Positions 30,703 to 44,278 of a DNA stretch of 64,000 bases are shown piece after piece. Both the position numbers and the translations under genes were made by a program. Below the pieces are notes generated by a model. That model was not told where the DNA came from. It saw nothing but the letters and a program-made list of their open reading frames with translations, and searched no databases. Source of the stretch: Bilabrum cf. latius. Lineage: Eukaryota. The DNA lies in assembly GCA_965178125.1 (NCBI GenBank), contig OZ237748.1, forward strand, positions 682,001-746,000, read 5' to 3'. Each line of letters starts with the position of its first letter. Position 1 is the first letter of the stretch.

Positions 30703-32923
30703 ACGCCGACGCCCACCAGGTGGAAAATCGGTTTCCAGGGTGGAGCTCGAGTACTAATCAGTAGACAGCAGCAGGTCGGCTTTCCGTTGTAGACGGGCGT
30801 TCTGACGAGATCTCATTCGAACTGCTTGCATCTTGCACCTCTCATTGAACAATAATATTGTGTTATTGCTTTTTTTTGAGACAGCCAATCATGCCATACA
30901 TACTCAGCACCAGCAAAGTTTGCTGGGTCAAATGGGAGATTCTTGTCTGTCTATGCAAGCCAACGATCAGTACACTAGCAGCTGTGTCCGAATTCTGAGA
31001 TGAGGGTAAAATGCATCCTTCACAGAATTAGAAAAAGCAATCAGGGTAAACTCGATGCCTGGCTGTAATCTATAAATATTAGTTGTTTTGATAAGACTAT
31101 GCTATGATTTTCGGTATTTCAGATGTGTCGGATGCTGTTTGGCCATTTATTCGATATTGTTCTGTTAAGCTATTTATTTTTTAAGCGTGGAACCAGCGGC
31201 ATTGCTTAGAACCTCAAGTAAGGCCATTCATTCGACCATCAATGAATGCGGGAAGCAAAGTGGCAGGCTTACAATTGAACCAACTTCTGTTTAATGAGCG
31301 AACGACAAACTAATGTGTAAGACTAAATATGCGACTCACTTACCAGTTCTATGTATTCCATTTGAAAGCAAACTGCCTTTTATTCTATTGATTTAGTCAT
31401 AATCTAACCCTAACCTATATCGTGTCAAAAAGAAGAAGCCCAACAAAGAAGGATTAAGGTATCAGGTGGTCTCTGCATCATGAAGCGAGTACAGACATAT
31501 AAGTTCTAAAGTCAAAGTAGGTTCAATAAGGCTCGATCAATATGTAGATAAGGTGTAAGGTAGCATGTAAGGTAGGATATCCTCCTGACTGTTAGTTTGT
31601 CGAGTTAGTGGCCATGCTTGTTTGACATTATTAAGACCTATGATATCTCTACTCAAGTTCAGAAAACTAACGATTAATGTTCGATATATTGCACAGCTTG
31701 GTAAGAGCCTAATATTGAAACATGACTCAGTATAAACACCAAGAATTCAACGAGCTCGCTATCATCAATTGATAGAGGATTTCTGTTCAACCTTCGAACC
31801 TCACTCAGTTTTGTAAGCTAGAAAAAGTACCTTGCTTGGTCAATGGATACAAGTTACAAAAGACACGAAGACCATTGTACTATCTGTAACCCTAGCCTTG
31901 TCTGACAAGTAAAGATAAGAGCCTGGCTCTTATCCATTGAATGAACTCACCGATGATCTTGTGACAATTGAAAATACAATTCTTCATAGAAAATATGATT
32001 GAAGAATACTTATTAAATTCAAGATTTCTAAAGTAGTGATAGATGTCGTTTTGAGTAAGAAAGAAGTCGATAGTTTGATAGTTTGGGTAGGTACCAATGC
32101 ACTGAATGAAATCAGAAGATATTTATAATGAATGCAAGTTGATATGACAGATTTTAGGAACTGATTTTAAACATGGATCTGTGATACCATCTAGCACTAG
32201 ACTCAATGCAAAACTCAACAATCTAACTGCATACTACACAAAAACTGTAACTAGTGTAGGATAACACACTTGCTGTGTTTCTAAGGAGTCAACTCATGGC
32301 GTGTTACGAAATGCTGCCGAAAATCTTTTATAGCAAATGACAACTACTATTATTTTGAATTATGGTGCGCGGGGCGTATCTGAGCGTGGCGCATTAAGAA
32401 TTGTTTTGTTGTAGGATGACGTATGGCGTTGCGATTTGTGGTTGTGGGATAGGTTTGGGTCCCGGGACCGAATCCGAAACCACAACCACAAATCGCATGT
32501 GCTATTTTAAGGTGCGTCGTAACACGGCATCATCCATTATGGTTACGCTAGTTATCAAGTTCGCAGCAATAGTAGTAAGTTATGAAAATGAAGTGATCCT
32601 TGTTGCGGATACAGAAATGTTTTTTTGTACGAAACTAACGAGATATTTTGATATATTAGCTCCGACTCAATTAGACAAACGTTTTTAAATCATTCAACTT
32701 GTCTTTACGCGGCGCATGTTGCTGTGCACAGCAGTCCTTTAGGGACAAGCAAACCTAGAGTATCATGGCAAATAATTGTGCGACAAAATAACCCAATCCA
32801 ATTACTAGCCATGCATTGGTATCCGACTTATTCCAAAACGACCGGAACAATGACCCATGTGCCGTAATGATGATTGGTACCCATGATTGAGTCTCGGTCA
32901 CATTACTTATGAGTATAGACTTC

Positions 32924-33112
32924 ATGCCAGGGAACCTACGTTGTACTCTCTATCTAGTGCTCGATCTGGCTGAGGCGGTGAAAGCCGACGACCTTCTTGT
33001 AGTAGCCCCACTCACTGCCTGGCCCGCCCCGCGGGGCGGGCGGCTTGTGACCAGACTTGCGTAGGCATGCGACATCAACCGAGATGGATCCATTTCTGCA
33101 TCAGAATTGTAA
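32924..33112 (+). CDS. Short ORF or gene fragment with one EF-hand loop
   Basis: Reads through TAG 33062 into DINRDGSISASEL, a canonical EF-hand loop. Confidence 0.3.
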
Positions 33113-33119
33113 GCATTTC

Positions 33120-35360
33120 TTATTCCGAGGCAGCTTTACCTTGATGCTCCAAAGTCGATTTCCGTTGTTGAGACCCTTGATGTCGATGCGCGACAGACCA
33201 CTTTAAGAGTCTCACGCACTCATTGTGCCCACCGGCCTACGCTGCCTCCAAGGGCAAGACTCGCCGCACAGGCCCATCCTCAGCTCTCAGCAAGCCCGTG
33301 ATCTATAACCCGCCTGCTAGTATTCCAAGCTTTAGTCTTTTAGCCAGCTCCATGGGCCTGCCCTCGCTGGCTGCTTGGAACACCATACCAGCGTCTCGTT
33401 TGGCCTCCACTGCCCGCCTCCAATTCAGCAAGCGCCCGACACGGCGTGCTCGCTGCCTGGTGTCCATCATCAATTGCACGAGCTTACCAGTGGGGTCTGA
33501 TTGCATGGCCAGGTCTACCGGTGTGCCACCATCCTGCGAGCCATGGCAGAACCAGGATAGCGGTATGAGCTGGCGCTGTTTGCTGCCACAGGTGTGACTG
33601 TTCATCACTGCCAAATAGCTGGAAGCATGGATGATAGCTAGTGTCTGATTGACATCATGCCAGGCGCAAGAGCCAGGTGTTCCAAGTGTAGTACAATAGA
33701 TAATTGCTGCACAGTCTTCTAGATCAACAATATTAGAAGCTGTGCATGGTGGCGCAATCGAATGCACTGGCGTACAGCTGATAATCTACTCACCTAGGCT
33801 GCAGCCAGCAGCGGGGCACCTGCCTTGGCCAACTCGAAGACCGTCCTAACCTATAGAGAGTCCATGGTCGCGTCTATCTTCGGCTTGTCCCTCAAGGCGC
33901 GGTGGAGGGGGGTGTCGTCCTGCGCGAGCCAGTGAGAAGACAACATCGCCTTGCATATGCGTACAGCTTGGCGGCTTGCAAACACTACTGGTAGGCACAG
34001 AGGGAGCGTGAGGGCACAAGTGGTGGGCCCAATGCAACCCATGCGATGCATGCATAGCGGCTAGCCTCACGTTCTTTGACCTCAGCGCGACCGGAGCTCC
34101 GAACTGGATCAGCAAGCGGCATGTGCCCCCCTGGCACGCATCGGCGGCACAGTGCAATGGCGAGGCACCGTCCTGTGATGTGAGTGCACAAGGGACCGGA
34201 ACAAAATCTAACAAATCCGACCATTTTGTATGACTGCGCCGTTGGGTCGGTCATTAGCTCACGCTGTCAACGGCATGCACGCTTGCATTCGCGCGTAGGA
34301 GCAGCATGCAAATTTCCTCGCTGCCTGCCCTCGCTGCGATGTGCAGTGGAGTCATTTTTCTCTGCGAGCACAGGTGCAGCGCCGAATGAATAGGGAAGCG
34401 CAGGGGAGCCATGCCAGTGGGGCCAAAGCGAAAGAAGAGCGACTCGCAAAGCATCATTAAAGCCACGTAATAGCTAAATACAGCCGTCGGAAGAGCTCCC
34501 GAACAGGGCCCAACCTCTCCCAGCGATGACGCAGCCAGCTGGTCTCAACGAATGCTGCCGAGCCCGAGCTCACGTTGCCAGTGTCGTTGACTTGAGCCCC
34601 TACGTCGATCAGCAGATCCGTGATGACTGGGTAGGCAGAGTCGTCGAAGCCGTGCTGCCTGCAGTGCAGCGCAGATGCGGCTGCGACGTGCAGGGCTGAT
34701 CCATTCGTCTGCGGGTGGACGAGGAAGAGCAGAAGAGCAGAAGACCGACCTGTCCGAAATTTCCGAGCTGGCTGGCAGCGTGGATAGCAAATACGCCCCA
34801 TACGCCCCATGGACATGGAGCGGCAATGCAACTGTCGTGGTGCTAGCAGCCTGGTATCCAGCCGGGCCTACCTGGCGATGGAGCAAAACCCTCGGAATGC
34901 AGTGCGTGAAATAGCCCCGTAGGATCCAACTCTATTCATAATAGCACCCTCCTCATTCCCGCCAGATTGTGATGCCAGTGGGGTTGCTGCTCGGTCACTC
35001 ACCATGTCCTGCATGTCAGGCTCCGCACCGTGCTCGAGTAGCAGCGACACGCCGTCGATGTCCCCCTCATACACGGCGTCATGAAGGGCCGTGGTCCAAT
35101 ACTGCGATAAAATACGGGCACCCGTACCGACTGCCACGCTGTGCCCGTGCTTGTATACTACTATAAATGAGAGCCGATACTTCATTGACGAGCCATGCAT
35201 CGAAGTCAAATGAAAACGCACATGAACCAATGCTCACGTCACTATCTGCGTAATTGACGCATTTAGAGCCTTCCTCCGAGCTCAAAAAGTCCATGGCAGC
35301 CTCAGTTTCGCGGTTCTTGATCAGTGCACGCAGGAACTCGGAGGCTTCGTGGTCATCCAT
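33120..35360 (-). CDS. Seven-exon ankyrin-repeat protein
   Basis: Exons 35360-35238, 35101-35003, 34708-34574, 34361-34263, 34172-34071, 33919-33794 and 33533-33120 with GTGAG...CAG introns. TALHDA, SALHVA, TPLHIA, SPLHCA, TPLHRA motifs; internal TAGs; ends TAA. Confidence 0.8.
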
Positions 35361-35604
35361 TGCCAGCTGCGACAGCACGGCTGGACCAAGCAGACTAGAC
35401 ACCAAACAATTACTTAGATAGCGGGCTAGGTTCTACAATGCTTGTTTGCTTCTTGGCCTCGATCGCCAGTTGCAACTTTCGCGGCTCCGAATCGCTGAAC
35501 CAATGCTGCTGGTCGCAGCAAAGCAAACATGCAATGTGTTTCCATTTCATGCGATCACTCTGCACTGGCTGCAATCTTGTGAACCTACGCCCCGTCGTCG
35601 CTCG

Positions 35605-38600
35605 TCACACCCCGAACGCGCGGGACACCCACCGCTGGAGCGAAGCCACGCCGGCTGACCCCGCGCTGCCGCCGGTCGCAACCGAATCGTCGTCACACCC
35701 GGGCAGCTCCGCCAGCCGCATCGCGAACGCCATCAGCGCCCGACCCAGCGCGCGGCGCCGTGCGGAACCGATGGGCGGGTCAAGCGCGGCGCACCCAGCC
35801 GCCTGCGCCGGCAGCGCCGCAGAAGCCTCGATGCCTGCCCTGGCGCAGACCTCGCGGAGAATGCGCGGCGCCAGCAGCGGAACCAGTCTCCGCCGGAGGG
35901 TGTCGAGGTCCTTTGCAGCGGCCTGGAGGGCGGGGGACCGGGCGAGATCCACGGATGGATCCACCACCGGTGGAGTCGGCCTGGAGGACGGTGCTGGTGC
36001 TGGTGCTGGTGCTGGCGCTGGTGCTGGTGCTTCAGTCGTCCCGCCGTCATCGCCCCCATCGCCAGCTTCCGATTGCTTCTCCTTCTCGCCATCCAACACC
36101 TACCCACCCTCACTCGTCACACCACTCACCCCCTCCCCCCCCCCCCTCCCCCTCCCCCTCAAGGCCCCACGCAGCACCCGCGTCCCCCTCCGCCTCCAAC
36201 GCTGCCGCCGCCCGCCGCACCCGGCCCGCCGCCACCTCGCCCAGCCGGTCCCGCAAACCGGAACTGAGTGCTAGAGCCGACTCTCGCGCGGCGCCCACGG
36301 CGGAGACGGCGTCCCCCCTGCCCTGCGGAACCAAGGGCCCGAGCGCGGCGCCGGCCAAGCGCAACGCGGCGGCGAGCGCCTCGGCGGATCGCAGGGCAAC
36401 ACCCACGTGCCGCGCGGTGAGGTTCCGCACGGCACCAGATCGCGCGGCGCCGCCCTCCTGCACGGCAAGACGGGTGGACTCCACCCATGCGGAACCTATT
36501 TGCGCGGCGCCGCGGGCGCATGCAGCCGAGAGAGCGCCCGCTCCAGCGGCGTCCAGAAGCGGAACCGGCGCCGCGACCACCTCGCTCGCACTCGTCACAC
36601 CCAAGGCCCACCCCCAAGCCCCGCTGACTCCCGCCCCGCGCCCAGCCGCAGCCTCGAACGCCCCGGCGGCATCAGCGCTACCATGCGATGCACCTGAAGC
36701 CCCCCCTTCACCACCCGGATGGCAATCCACCCCCTGCGTTAGGCCCACCTCCCCCAGGGGGGGCATGGCCGCCGCCACGGCATCGTGGATCCCCCGCACC
36801 GCCACGAGCCACCCGCCGCTGACTCTGAACCTGCGGGAGGCCAGCCCCTCCTCGTCCTCGTCTTTCTCTTCTTCTTCTTCGTTTTGGGAAGGGGGACTAG
36901 GGCGCTTCGGATCCTGTGCTGATGCTGCTGGTGCTGACGATGAGGATCCACCGGTGGATTGGTGCTTGCTTCCTCCCTTGCCCCCTGCCTCTGGCGCCCC
37001 TTCCTCGCCCCCCCCCTCTGCCCCGAGTTCCGCGGGGGGTGCCGGCCTCGATGCACCACCGTGCGATGCACCCCGCAGCAGCTGTCCCAGCGGCGGCACG
37101 CACACGAATGACCTCGGCCAGCGAGCCTGGGACGAACGTTCCCCCAGCTCGCACAGCCGCGCAGCTGCCGCCTGCACCAGGGCCTCCTGCTCCCCTCCCC
37201 CTCCACTCGTCACACTATCATCCACACCGCCCATCCCGGCGGCCCCCTTGGCACCCCCGGCCCACGCCGCCAGTCGCGCCACCATGCGCTGCACCTGCAC
37301 GGTCACGGGAGCCCTCCCCCACCCGTCCGCCGACACCACCGTCCTGACGCTCGTCGCCGCGCGCTCCGCGGCTGCGGAACCGGTTCCGCAGAGGGCCTCC
37401 CGCGCGGCGGCGAGAAGACCCCCCGCGGGGCCTTCTGCGCTCGGGGGCGGCAGCGGAACCAGCAAGCGGACGTGCGCGGCGCCGACGGTGGGTGTGGCGC
37501 CGGGTGCCAAGGCAGCGGCGGCGGCACTGCCGTGCAGTGCACCTTGCATCAGCCACACAGCGCTGTTCCCTCCATCATAGCCCCCTTCTTCTTCTTCTTC
37601 TTCACCCCTTGTCCCGCTCGCACTACCATGCGATGCACCCTGCGACACCGCCCGCGCCACCCGCGCCAGCGCTGCCGCCGACACCCACGCGGATGCAGCG
37701 TCGCCCACGGCCGCCCTGGACTCCGCCGCACTCGTCACACCCCCGGCAGCAGCAGTGCCTCCGCGCCCCACCCCCTGGGTCCCCCCTTTAGGCCCCCTCC
37801 CCCTCCCCCTGAGCCCCAGCAGCAGGCCCATGTGCCTGCAGGCCTCGGCCGCAGCAGCAGCCGCCACGCCCCGCGCCCCCGCCCGCACCCGAGCCGCCCA
37901 GGAAGGGGACAGCCACGGCTGCGGAACCTCTGCCAGGAATTGCGCGGCGCCGATCCCGGCCTCGTCTGTCTCCTCGGCTACGGACGCCTGGCCCTCACTA
38001 CCGTGCAGTGCACCCTCCCGCAGCGCCAGCTCCAGCGAAGCGGAAGCCCCGAACGGCAGGCGCAGCACCCGCCCCGTGCTCTCGCTCGCACTCGTCACAC
38101 GCAGAGACACCACCCCCTCAGTGCACGGCGCCCTGGGCACCCCTGCTCTTGTTGCCTCTGCCGTGGCACTTTGTGCGCCATCGTGCGATGCACCAGCATT
38201 TGCCAGCTCCACCCTCACATTGAGGACGTCCGGTGCAGGCCCGCCACCGGTGGATCCGGTGGGCAATCCACCGGTGGATCGACGCAGCGGTCCCCCGAGC
38301 CTCCGAGACTGCGACCCACCCGCCCCCGCCCCCGAGACCGATGCCGTTGCCGCCGCTACACCTCCTTCCGGCAAACTCCCGCCACCCATCCCCACCATCC
38401 CCACGGACCTTCTCGCAGCCCCCAGCAGGTGCACCAGCCCCCTCGTCCTCGCCCCCTCCCCCCCGGCCCCCGATTCCGATTCCGAGTCCTGTGCATCCCT
38501 CCCCTGCCTCCTACCCCTCGCCTCGCACTCGTCACACACGTCCTCCAGCATGGCCACCATCGCAGCCACGCGGCCCAGGGAGCCGCACAGCGCCCTCGAC

Positions 38601-41600
38601 AGGCGCCTGGCCACGCGGGCGAAGGTCTGAGACGAGAGGGCTGCGATGGCGCTCGCACTCGTCACACCAGCAGAAGCACCCCCCGCGCCAGTCCTCCTCC
38701 CCCTCGCACTCGTCACACTCTCCACCGCCACCGCCTCCCTCACCTCCGCCCTCACCCTGGCCCTCGTCTCCTCCTCCAGCCGGCGGGGGAGGTCGCCCAG
38801 GGCGGCGAGCAGGGAGCGGGCCGCACCACCGTGCGATGCACCCAGCGCCTATGAGGCTCCTCTGGCATCCCCGGAGGCAGACGATGTCCCCTCCGGCGCA
38901 CCTGCCGCACTCGTCACACCTCCAATGGCCGCACACGCGGCTTCGGCCCGCAGCAGCAAAGACGTCCTCGCCAGGAACACGGCCCGGGCGCTCTCACGGG
39001 GACCAGGGGAACCTTCGCTGGGGGTTCGCTGAGGGGCCGCACCGGCCGAGGCGAGTCTCCCCTCCATCCCCGTCTTTGTTTTCGTCTTCGTCTTCGTCAT
39101 TGTCCTCTGTTTCCCCATCGCCGCCACCATGCCCCGAATCCCCCGCGCCACCCCTGCAGCCCCCTCGTCCGCCCCCGCCACGGCCCCAGCCGCATCCAGG
39201 ATCGCCCGGAGGCCCCTGAGGGACCAAGGGGGGCAAGAGGCGGAGGCCCCGGAGCCTAGTTTCGATTCCGAGTCCTCGAGCTCCGCGAAAGCACTCGTCA
39301 CACTGCCGGCGTCCAGCCACAGCTCCGATACGACCTCGACTCTAGCCGCCGATCCAGCCCCCCCTGCACCGGAGCGCTTGCGGGGGGCGAAGATCGCACT
39401 CGTCACACCGCCTGACCGCATCCCATCGCCGTTGAGCTCCCCTGCAGCGATCGAGGGCAGCAGCAGGCGCCGCCCCGCCCCCACAGCACTCGTCACACCC
39501 GACCCAATCCCCCCGTCGTCGTGCCAGGCCTCCCCCCAGGCGCCCCACGCGGCCGCGTCCGCCCACGCACTCGTCACACCGCGGGCCCCACCCCCACCCG
39601 CTCCTCCCCCCAAGGTCCCAGCCCCGCCTTCGGCCCCCGCACTCGTCACACCCCCGCACAGGTCCAGAGCCGCCCTCGTCCACGCCCTCGCCCCGTCCTC
39701 CACCGCCCGACGGGCCGTCTGCGCGGCGCCGCGCCTGATGGACTTCCCTGCGGAACTTCTCGCCGCCGCCGCGACAGCCTCCCGCTGCGACTCGGAGCTC
39801 GCCGCCAGGGAACAGCGACCGCCACTCCCCACACTCGTCACACCCACCACCGCCAGCGACCTCCAGGCCGCCAGGCAACACCCCAGGGCGGGGATGCCTC
39901 GCCCCGATCGGAGCAGCCGACCCGCCGCTTTGGCCAGGTCCCTCGCCGCCCGCAACCTCCGGACGGCCCCCACCGACGCTGCGACCCTCTCCAGCCTCCT
40001 TTCGGTCGCAACCATCCTCAGCCCCGGGAGCGCCCCCCTCCGCCTCGCCATCCGGACCGAGGCGCGGGCGGCGGCACAGGCGGCGCCAGCCCGGGCCGCC
40101 ACGTGGGCCAGCGCATCTGCGGCTCCCAGAGCACGGAAGAGCCGCCTGCGCCGGGCGTGCAGGGCCAGCACCAGGGCGGCTTCAGCCTGGTCCTGCCACT
40201 CCACCAGTGGACCATCCACCGGTGGAGTGTCAGAGGCACCGGCCCCGGTCCTCTTCTTCCTGCTGCTGCTGCTTATGCTGCTGCTGGTGGCATGTTTGGA
40301 ACCGGACCTGCGGCCTCCACCGGTGGATTTGCCACCTCCCTATGCCTCCCCTTCCCCTCCATCCCCACCCTCCCCTTCCTATTGTTCTCTGGCCTGTTCT
40401 AGTGCCAGCCGGACCAGCTCCACCCACGGGGCTGCCTGCCGCCGGGACGCAAATGCCCTGACCCCGCCTCTGCCCCTGCCTCTGTTCCTGCTGCCTGCAG
40501 CCCCACCCCCTCTTTCCGACTCCGAATCGCGGTCCGGCTCCGGGTCCCTCAGCGCCGCCCGCGGGAAGGAGAAGGGCAGCAGGGACACGGCGCCGTCTGG
40601 GGGCGGCCGGGCCACGCCCACCTCGGTGTGACGAGTGCTGGCGCTTGTGCTGGTGGAGCCTCCCTTGCCCTCTGCTCCTCGTGACGCACCGTCGTGCGAT
40701 GCACCCAGCCCCTGCTGCTGCTCCTGCTGCTCCACCGCCAGCTGACGGCCACGCTCTACCTCCGACAGCGGAACCGGCGCCGCGGCCAGCGCCGCCGCCA
40801 CTCGCCCCGGTTCCGCACGCGCCGCGCGCCAAAGCGCCGCTGGCCACTGCACCCCCAGCCCCACGGGCCTCCGGGTTCCTATACCACTCGTCACACCGGC
40901 TCTCCAAGCAGACACGGCCCCCACGGCCCGCCCCACCGCGGCGGCATCCGCGGCGTCTTCCCTGGCCTCCCTCTCCGCACCACCGTGCGATGCACCCCCA
41001 CCGGCCCGCCGCCCGTCCGCCGCTGCCTCGAGCAGCATCTCGAGCTGGGGCTGGGCCCCCGCACCACCGTGCAGTGCACCCTCACCACCCTCACCGCCCG
41101 CCTGACTCCCGCTCCCACTCGCCACACCACCACCATTCCCGCTCGTCACATCCCCATCCTCCTCGTCCTCCCCTCCATCCACCCCCGGATCCAGATCAAG
41201 CCCCCCCCACGCACCCACCCCAAGGCCGCTCCACCGCCGCAGCTGCCACCCCCTAACCGGTTGCAACCTCCCTCCCTCGCCGGGTCCACCACCACCCTCC
41301 CCCTCTCCCGCCGCGCTCGCGCCCCCGCCGCGGCGATATTTCGATTCCGGGTCCCTCGCCAGCACCCAGGCGCCCTCGTCACCCACCAGCACGCCCCGCC
41401 GGCCCACGCCACCCACACTCACCCAGCTCCTGCCGGCTGCCCCACTCGTCACACTGCTCCTATTTGTTCCCCGGTGACCGTTGCCCATCTTAGAGTCAGT
41501 GGGCAGCGGGAGCACGCTCCGGACCCTAACCGCACGCAACAAAGAGGACAAATCGGACGCCACAGCCGGACGCACCCGCGCCAGGTCCCTCCCCCCGGCC

Positions 41601-43078
41601 CTTCCACTCGTCACACTCCCCACCGCCAGCAGCCCCGCCCCGCTGCCCCCCCCCGGACCCCCGTTCCCCGCCCCCGCCCCCGCCAGCGCCGCTCTCAGCC
41701 TCCTCCTGTGGGCGTCCAGGAGTGCGGAGGCACTGGCCAGCTGGCCCACCGATCCACCGGTGGATGACGACGAAGAGGAAGACGGCTGGGGGCCCGCGGA
41801 TCCACCGGTGGATTGTTGGTGACCCCCTCCGCCAGACGACCCATCTCCGGCGCCACGCATCCCTGCGGAACCTCCCCTTGGCAGCACGGGGGGTGCCACT
41901 GGAGCGGGCAAGGGCACGCGGGCCGCGGCCGACAACGCCGCCTCCAGCTGCTCGGTTCCGCCGGCGCCGCGCGTCGCCGCCTCGTCCGCAGCGGTGCGGG
42001 CCGCCCGCCACACCGCCTCCGAGTGCGCGGCGCCCCCCTGCGGAACCGGCACGAGCGCGCCCAGCCCCTCCAGCGCACCCCCCAGCGCGCCCATCATCGA
42101 CCGCTGGACCGGTCCCCGACCCGGAGCCGAAAATGGCGCGGGCACGACCCCGTGGACCTGTCCCCTCCCTCGGCCTCGGCCCTGAGGCGTGCTAGGGGTG
42201 TGACGAGCGCCCCGCAGCACGGCGGCGGGCATCGGCGACCCCCTGCCCCTGCCCCTGCCACTGCCGCTGGCCCCCCCGCTGGCACTGCCGCTGGCACCGG
42301 CATTGATATGACCATGGGTAGCGTTATTGCCAGTGCTGGAACCCCCGCCCGTCCCACCAGTCCCGCCGCCAGCACTCGCAGTCGACGCGGCACGGAGCGG
42401 GGAGGCACCTGCCCCCGCGAAACCGACGGCCGCCCCGCTCACTGCCGCCAGCAGCCCCGCGGCCCTCGAGGCAGCGGCGGCAGCGGCGGCCTCGTCCCCC
42501 TGGGAGGGGAAGGGGTCCTGGAGGAGGGCTCGGGGGGATAGGGAGGTGTGACGAGTGAGATGGCCGGCAGGTTTCGCCCGTGCTGCTGCTGCTTGCTCTG
42601 GGGCAGTGGCTTGCCCGGCCGCTGATGGGTGCACTGCACTGCCATTCCCGCGTGCCGGGGGAAACAGTGGGAGTAGTTGATCGGGAAGAGGCGGCTGGTG
42701 GTGCTGCATTGCACTGCGGTGCATATTCGGTGCCCTGCGTTGCAAAAGACCTCCGGGCCTCTCAGCCTCTGCCGTTGGCCTGCCGGCACCAGCGGCTAGC
42801 TGCCCGTTTTGACCCGCTGCAGTGGCCGTCGCGGCATGATTAGATTTAATTCCAGCCTGCCCACCGTCCCTGGCCTGGCTGGCTCCGCCTGTTGCCGGGC
42901 CGCTGCCTGCTTGCATGGGCTGGTCCTGTGAATTCGACCCAGCTGTTCGATCAATCGCTGCATTATCGCTATCTGCGACACTTGCATCGTTTTTATTATT
43001 ATCATCTGAAATAGTCGCAGATTCTCGCCTTTCGGCTCGTTTCGGGCTTGCTGCGGTCCCTGCCGTAGCTTGCGACAT
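35605..43078 (-). CDS. VPS54: Highly divergent Vps54-like (GARP complex) protein with G/A-rich low-complexity expansions
   Basis: 43078-36110 is one frame with TAG only; probable homopolymer frameshift at the C-run ~36135-36146. DQAEAALVLALHARRRRLFRAL...GLRMV...LLRSG..IPAL resembles Vps54_N; LAVQEGGAARSGAVRNLTARHVGVA resembles Vps54 QLVLGAGA...KSITAKHLALA. Confidence 0.55.
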
Positions 43079-43942
43079 TTGCTGGCGGCGACAATATCGC
43101 CTAACTGAAGGTCGAAGAAGTCGACACTTACAGCCCACCGTTTAGTGCCGAAATGTTTAATATAAATAAAACAGAAGAAAGTAGCTGACCAGCAGAATGA
43201 GCTCTCAAAGGCTTCAGGTCTAATCTTTGGCATGTGCCGGTTCACGAACGTTCCACATGAAGGCTCCGATCGAAACAAGATGTCTCACGTAGGTACAGGT
43301 GGCGCCGCTGCAACCCGGCATAGTATACCTTCGGACAAGCATGGTGAGCGTATCTGTTCAGTAGATCTAATACATGTATTAATCAGTCCCATGTTTTGTT
43401 GATGTTTGGGTGACATTGAGATTGAATCCGAAATGCTAGACATGAAGCACCTGAACAAGGGTACATGCTGATGTGCGCAGTGCATGACTCCATGATTGGC
43501 GTAGTATTGCACGCCGGTTGTTTGTGACACAAGTAATGATGTGCTTTGCGGCGCTTGTGCTCGATTTGGACGCAAACTACGCGCTTTTGCGCTGGTTCTT
43601 CTGCGGACAGAATCCACGTAGCGACGTGGCCGGCGGGCGACGGGGCTAGCCCAGGTTTATCTTCATTCCATGATCGGCTTTGTCCTTGTGTGCGTTTTAA
43701 ATTATAACTTGGTAACGATGCGATATGTTCGATTGCTTGAACGGTGCCTTGTATCGCGGCTTGGTTCCCAGCTCGACTGCTGGGCTCGCTGCCCTCTGGC
43801 CGGCCCGTCCGTCTCTCACTGCGGAGGAGGAGGAGGAGGAGGATCCCACGCCACCACGACCCATTCCCGCGCTGAGACCAAGCGACAAACCATAGTCCAT
43901 TTTTCCCTACCCCTCTTCGGCTTCCAATCCCCCCTCCCGCAG

Positions 43943-44278
43943 CGCGTGACCGGAGCCTCTCGATCCCTGCGCCGCCTCGTGCCCCTCGCCGACCGTGTGC
44001 TGGTCAAGCGGGTGGCCCAGGAATCCAAGACCGCCGGGGGCATCCTGCTGCCCGAGGCCTCCGCTGGCAAGAAGAACGAGGGTGAGGTGATTGCCGTTGG
44101 ACCCGGAGCCCTAAACAGGGAGGGGGAGAGGATTGGCATGCAGGTGGCTGTTGGCGATCGCGTGCTCCTGCCCGAGTACGGTGGGCACACTGTGAAGCTG
44201 GACGGTGCCGAGGACGAGGAGCTGCTTCTGTTCAGGGACGAGGACATCCTGGGCAAGCTGGAGGAGGGGAGGCAGTGA
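43943..44278 (+). CDS. HSP10: 10-kDa chaperonin (HSP10/CPN10), main exon; first exon not resolved
   Basis: LVPLADRVLV, KTAGGILLPE, GEVIAVGPG, GDRVLLPEYGG, LLFRDEDILGKL; polypyrimidine tract plus CAG acceptor at 43940-43942. Confidence 0.92.
   Translation, partial: RVTGASRSLRRLVPLADRVLVKRVAQESKTAGGILLPEASAGKKNEGEVIAVGPGALNREGERIGMQVAVGDRVLLPEYGGHTVKLDGAEDEELLLFRDEDILGKLEEGRQ

Noticed and set aside
35438-42843. Long + strand ORFs opposite the Vps54-like gene (and similar antisense ORFs elsewhere)
   Set aside because: Shadow ORFs of GC-rich coding DNA with no recognisable domains.
43670-43942. N-terminal extension of HSP10 given by the ORF track
   Set aside because: Looks like intron or UTR (polypyrimidine tract plus CAG acceptor); not chaperonin-like.
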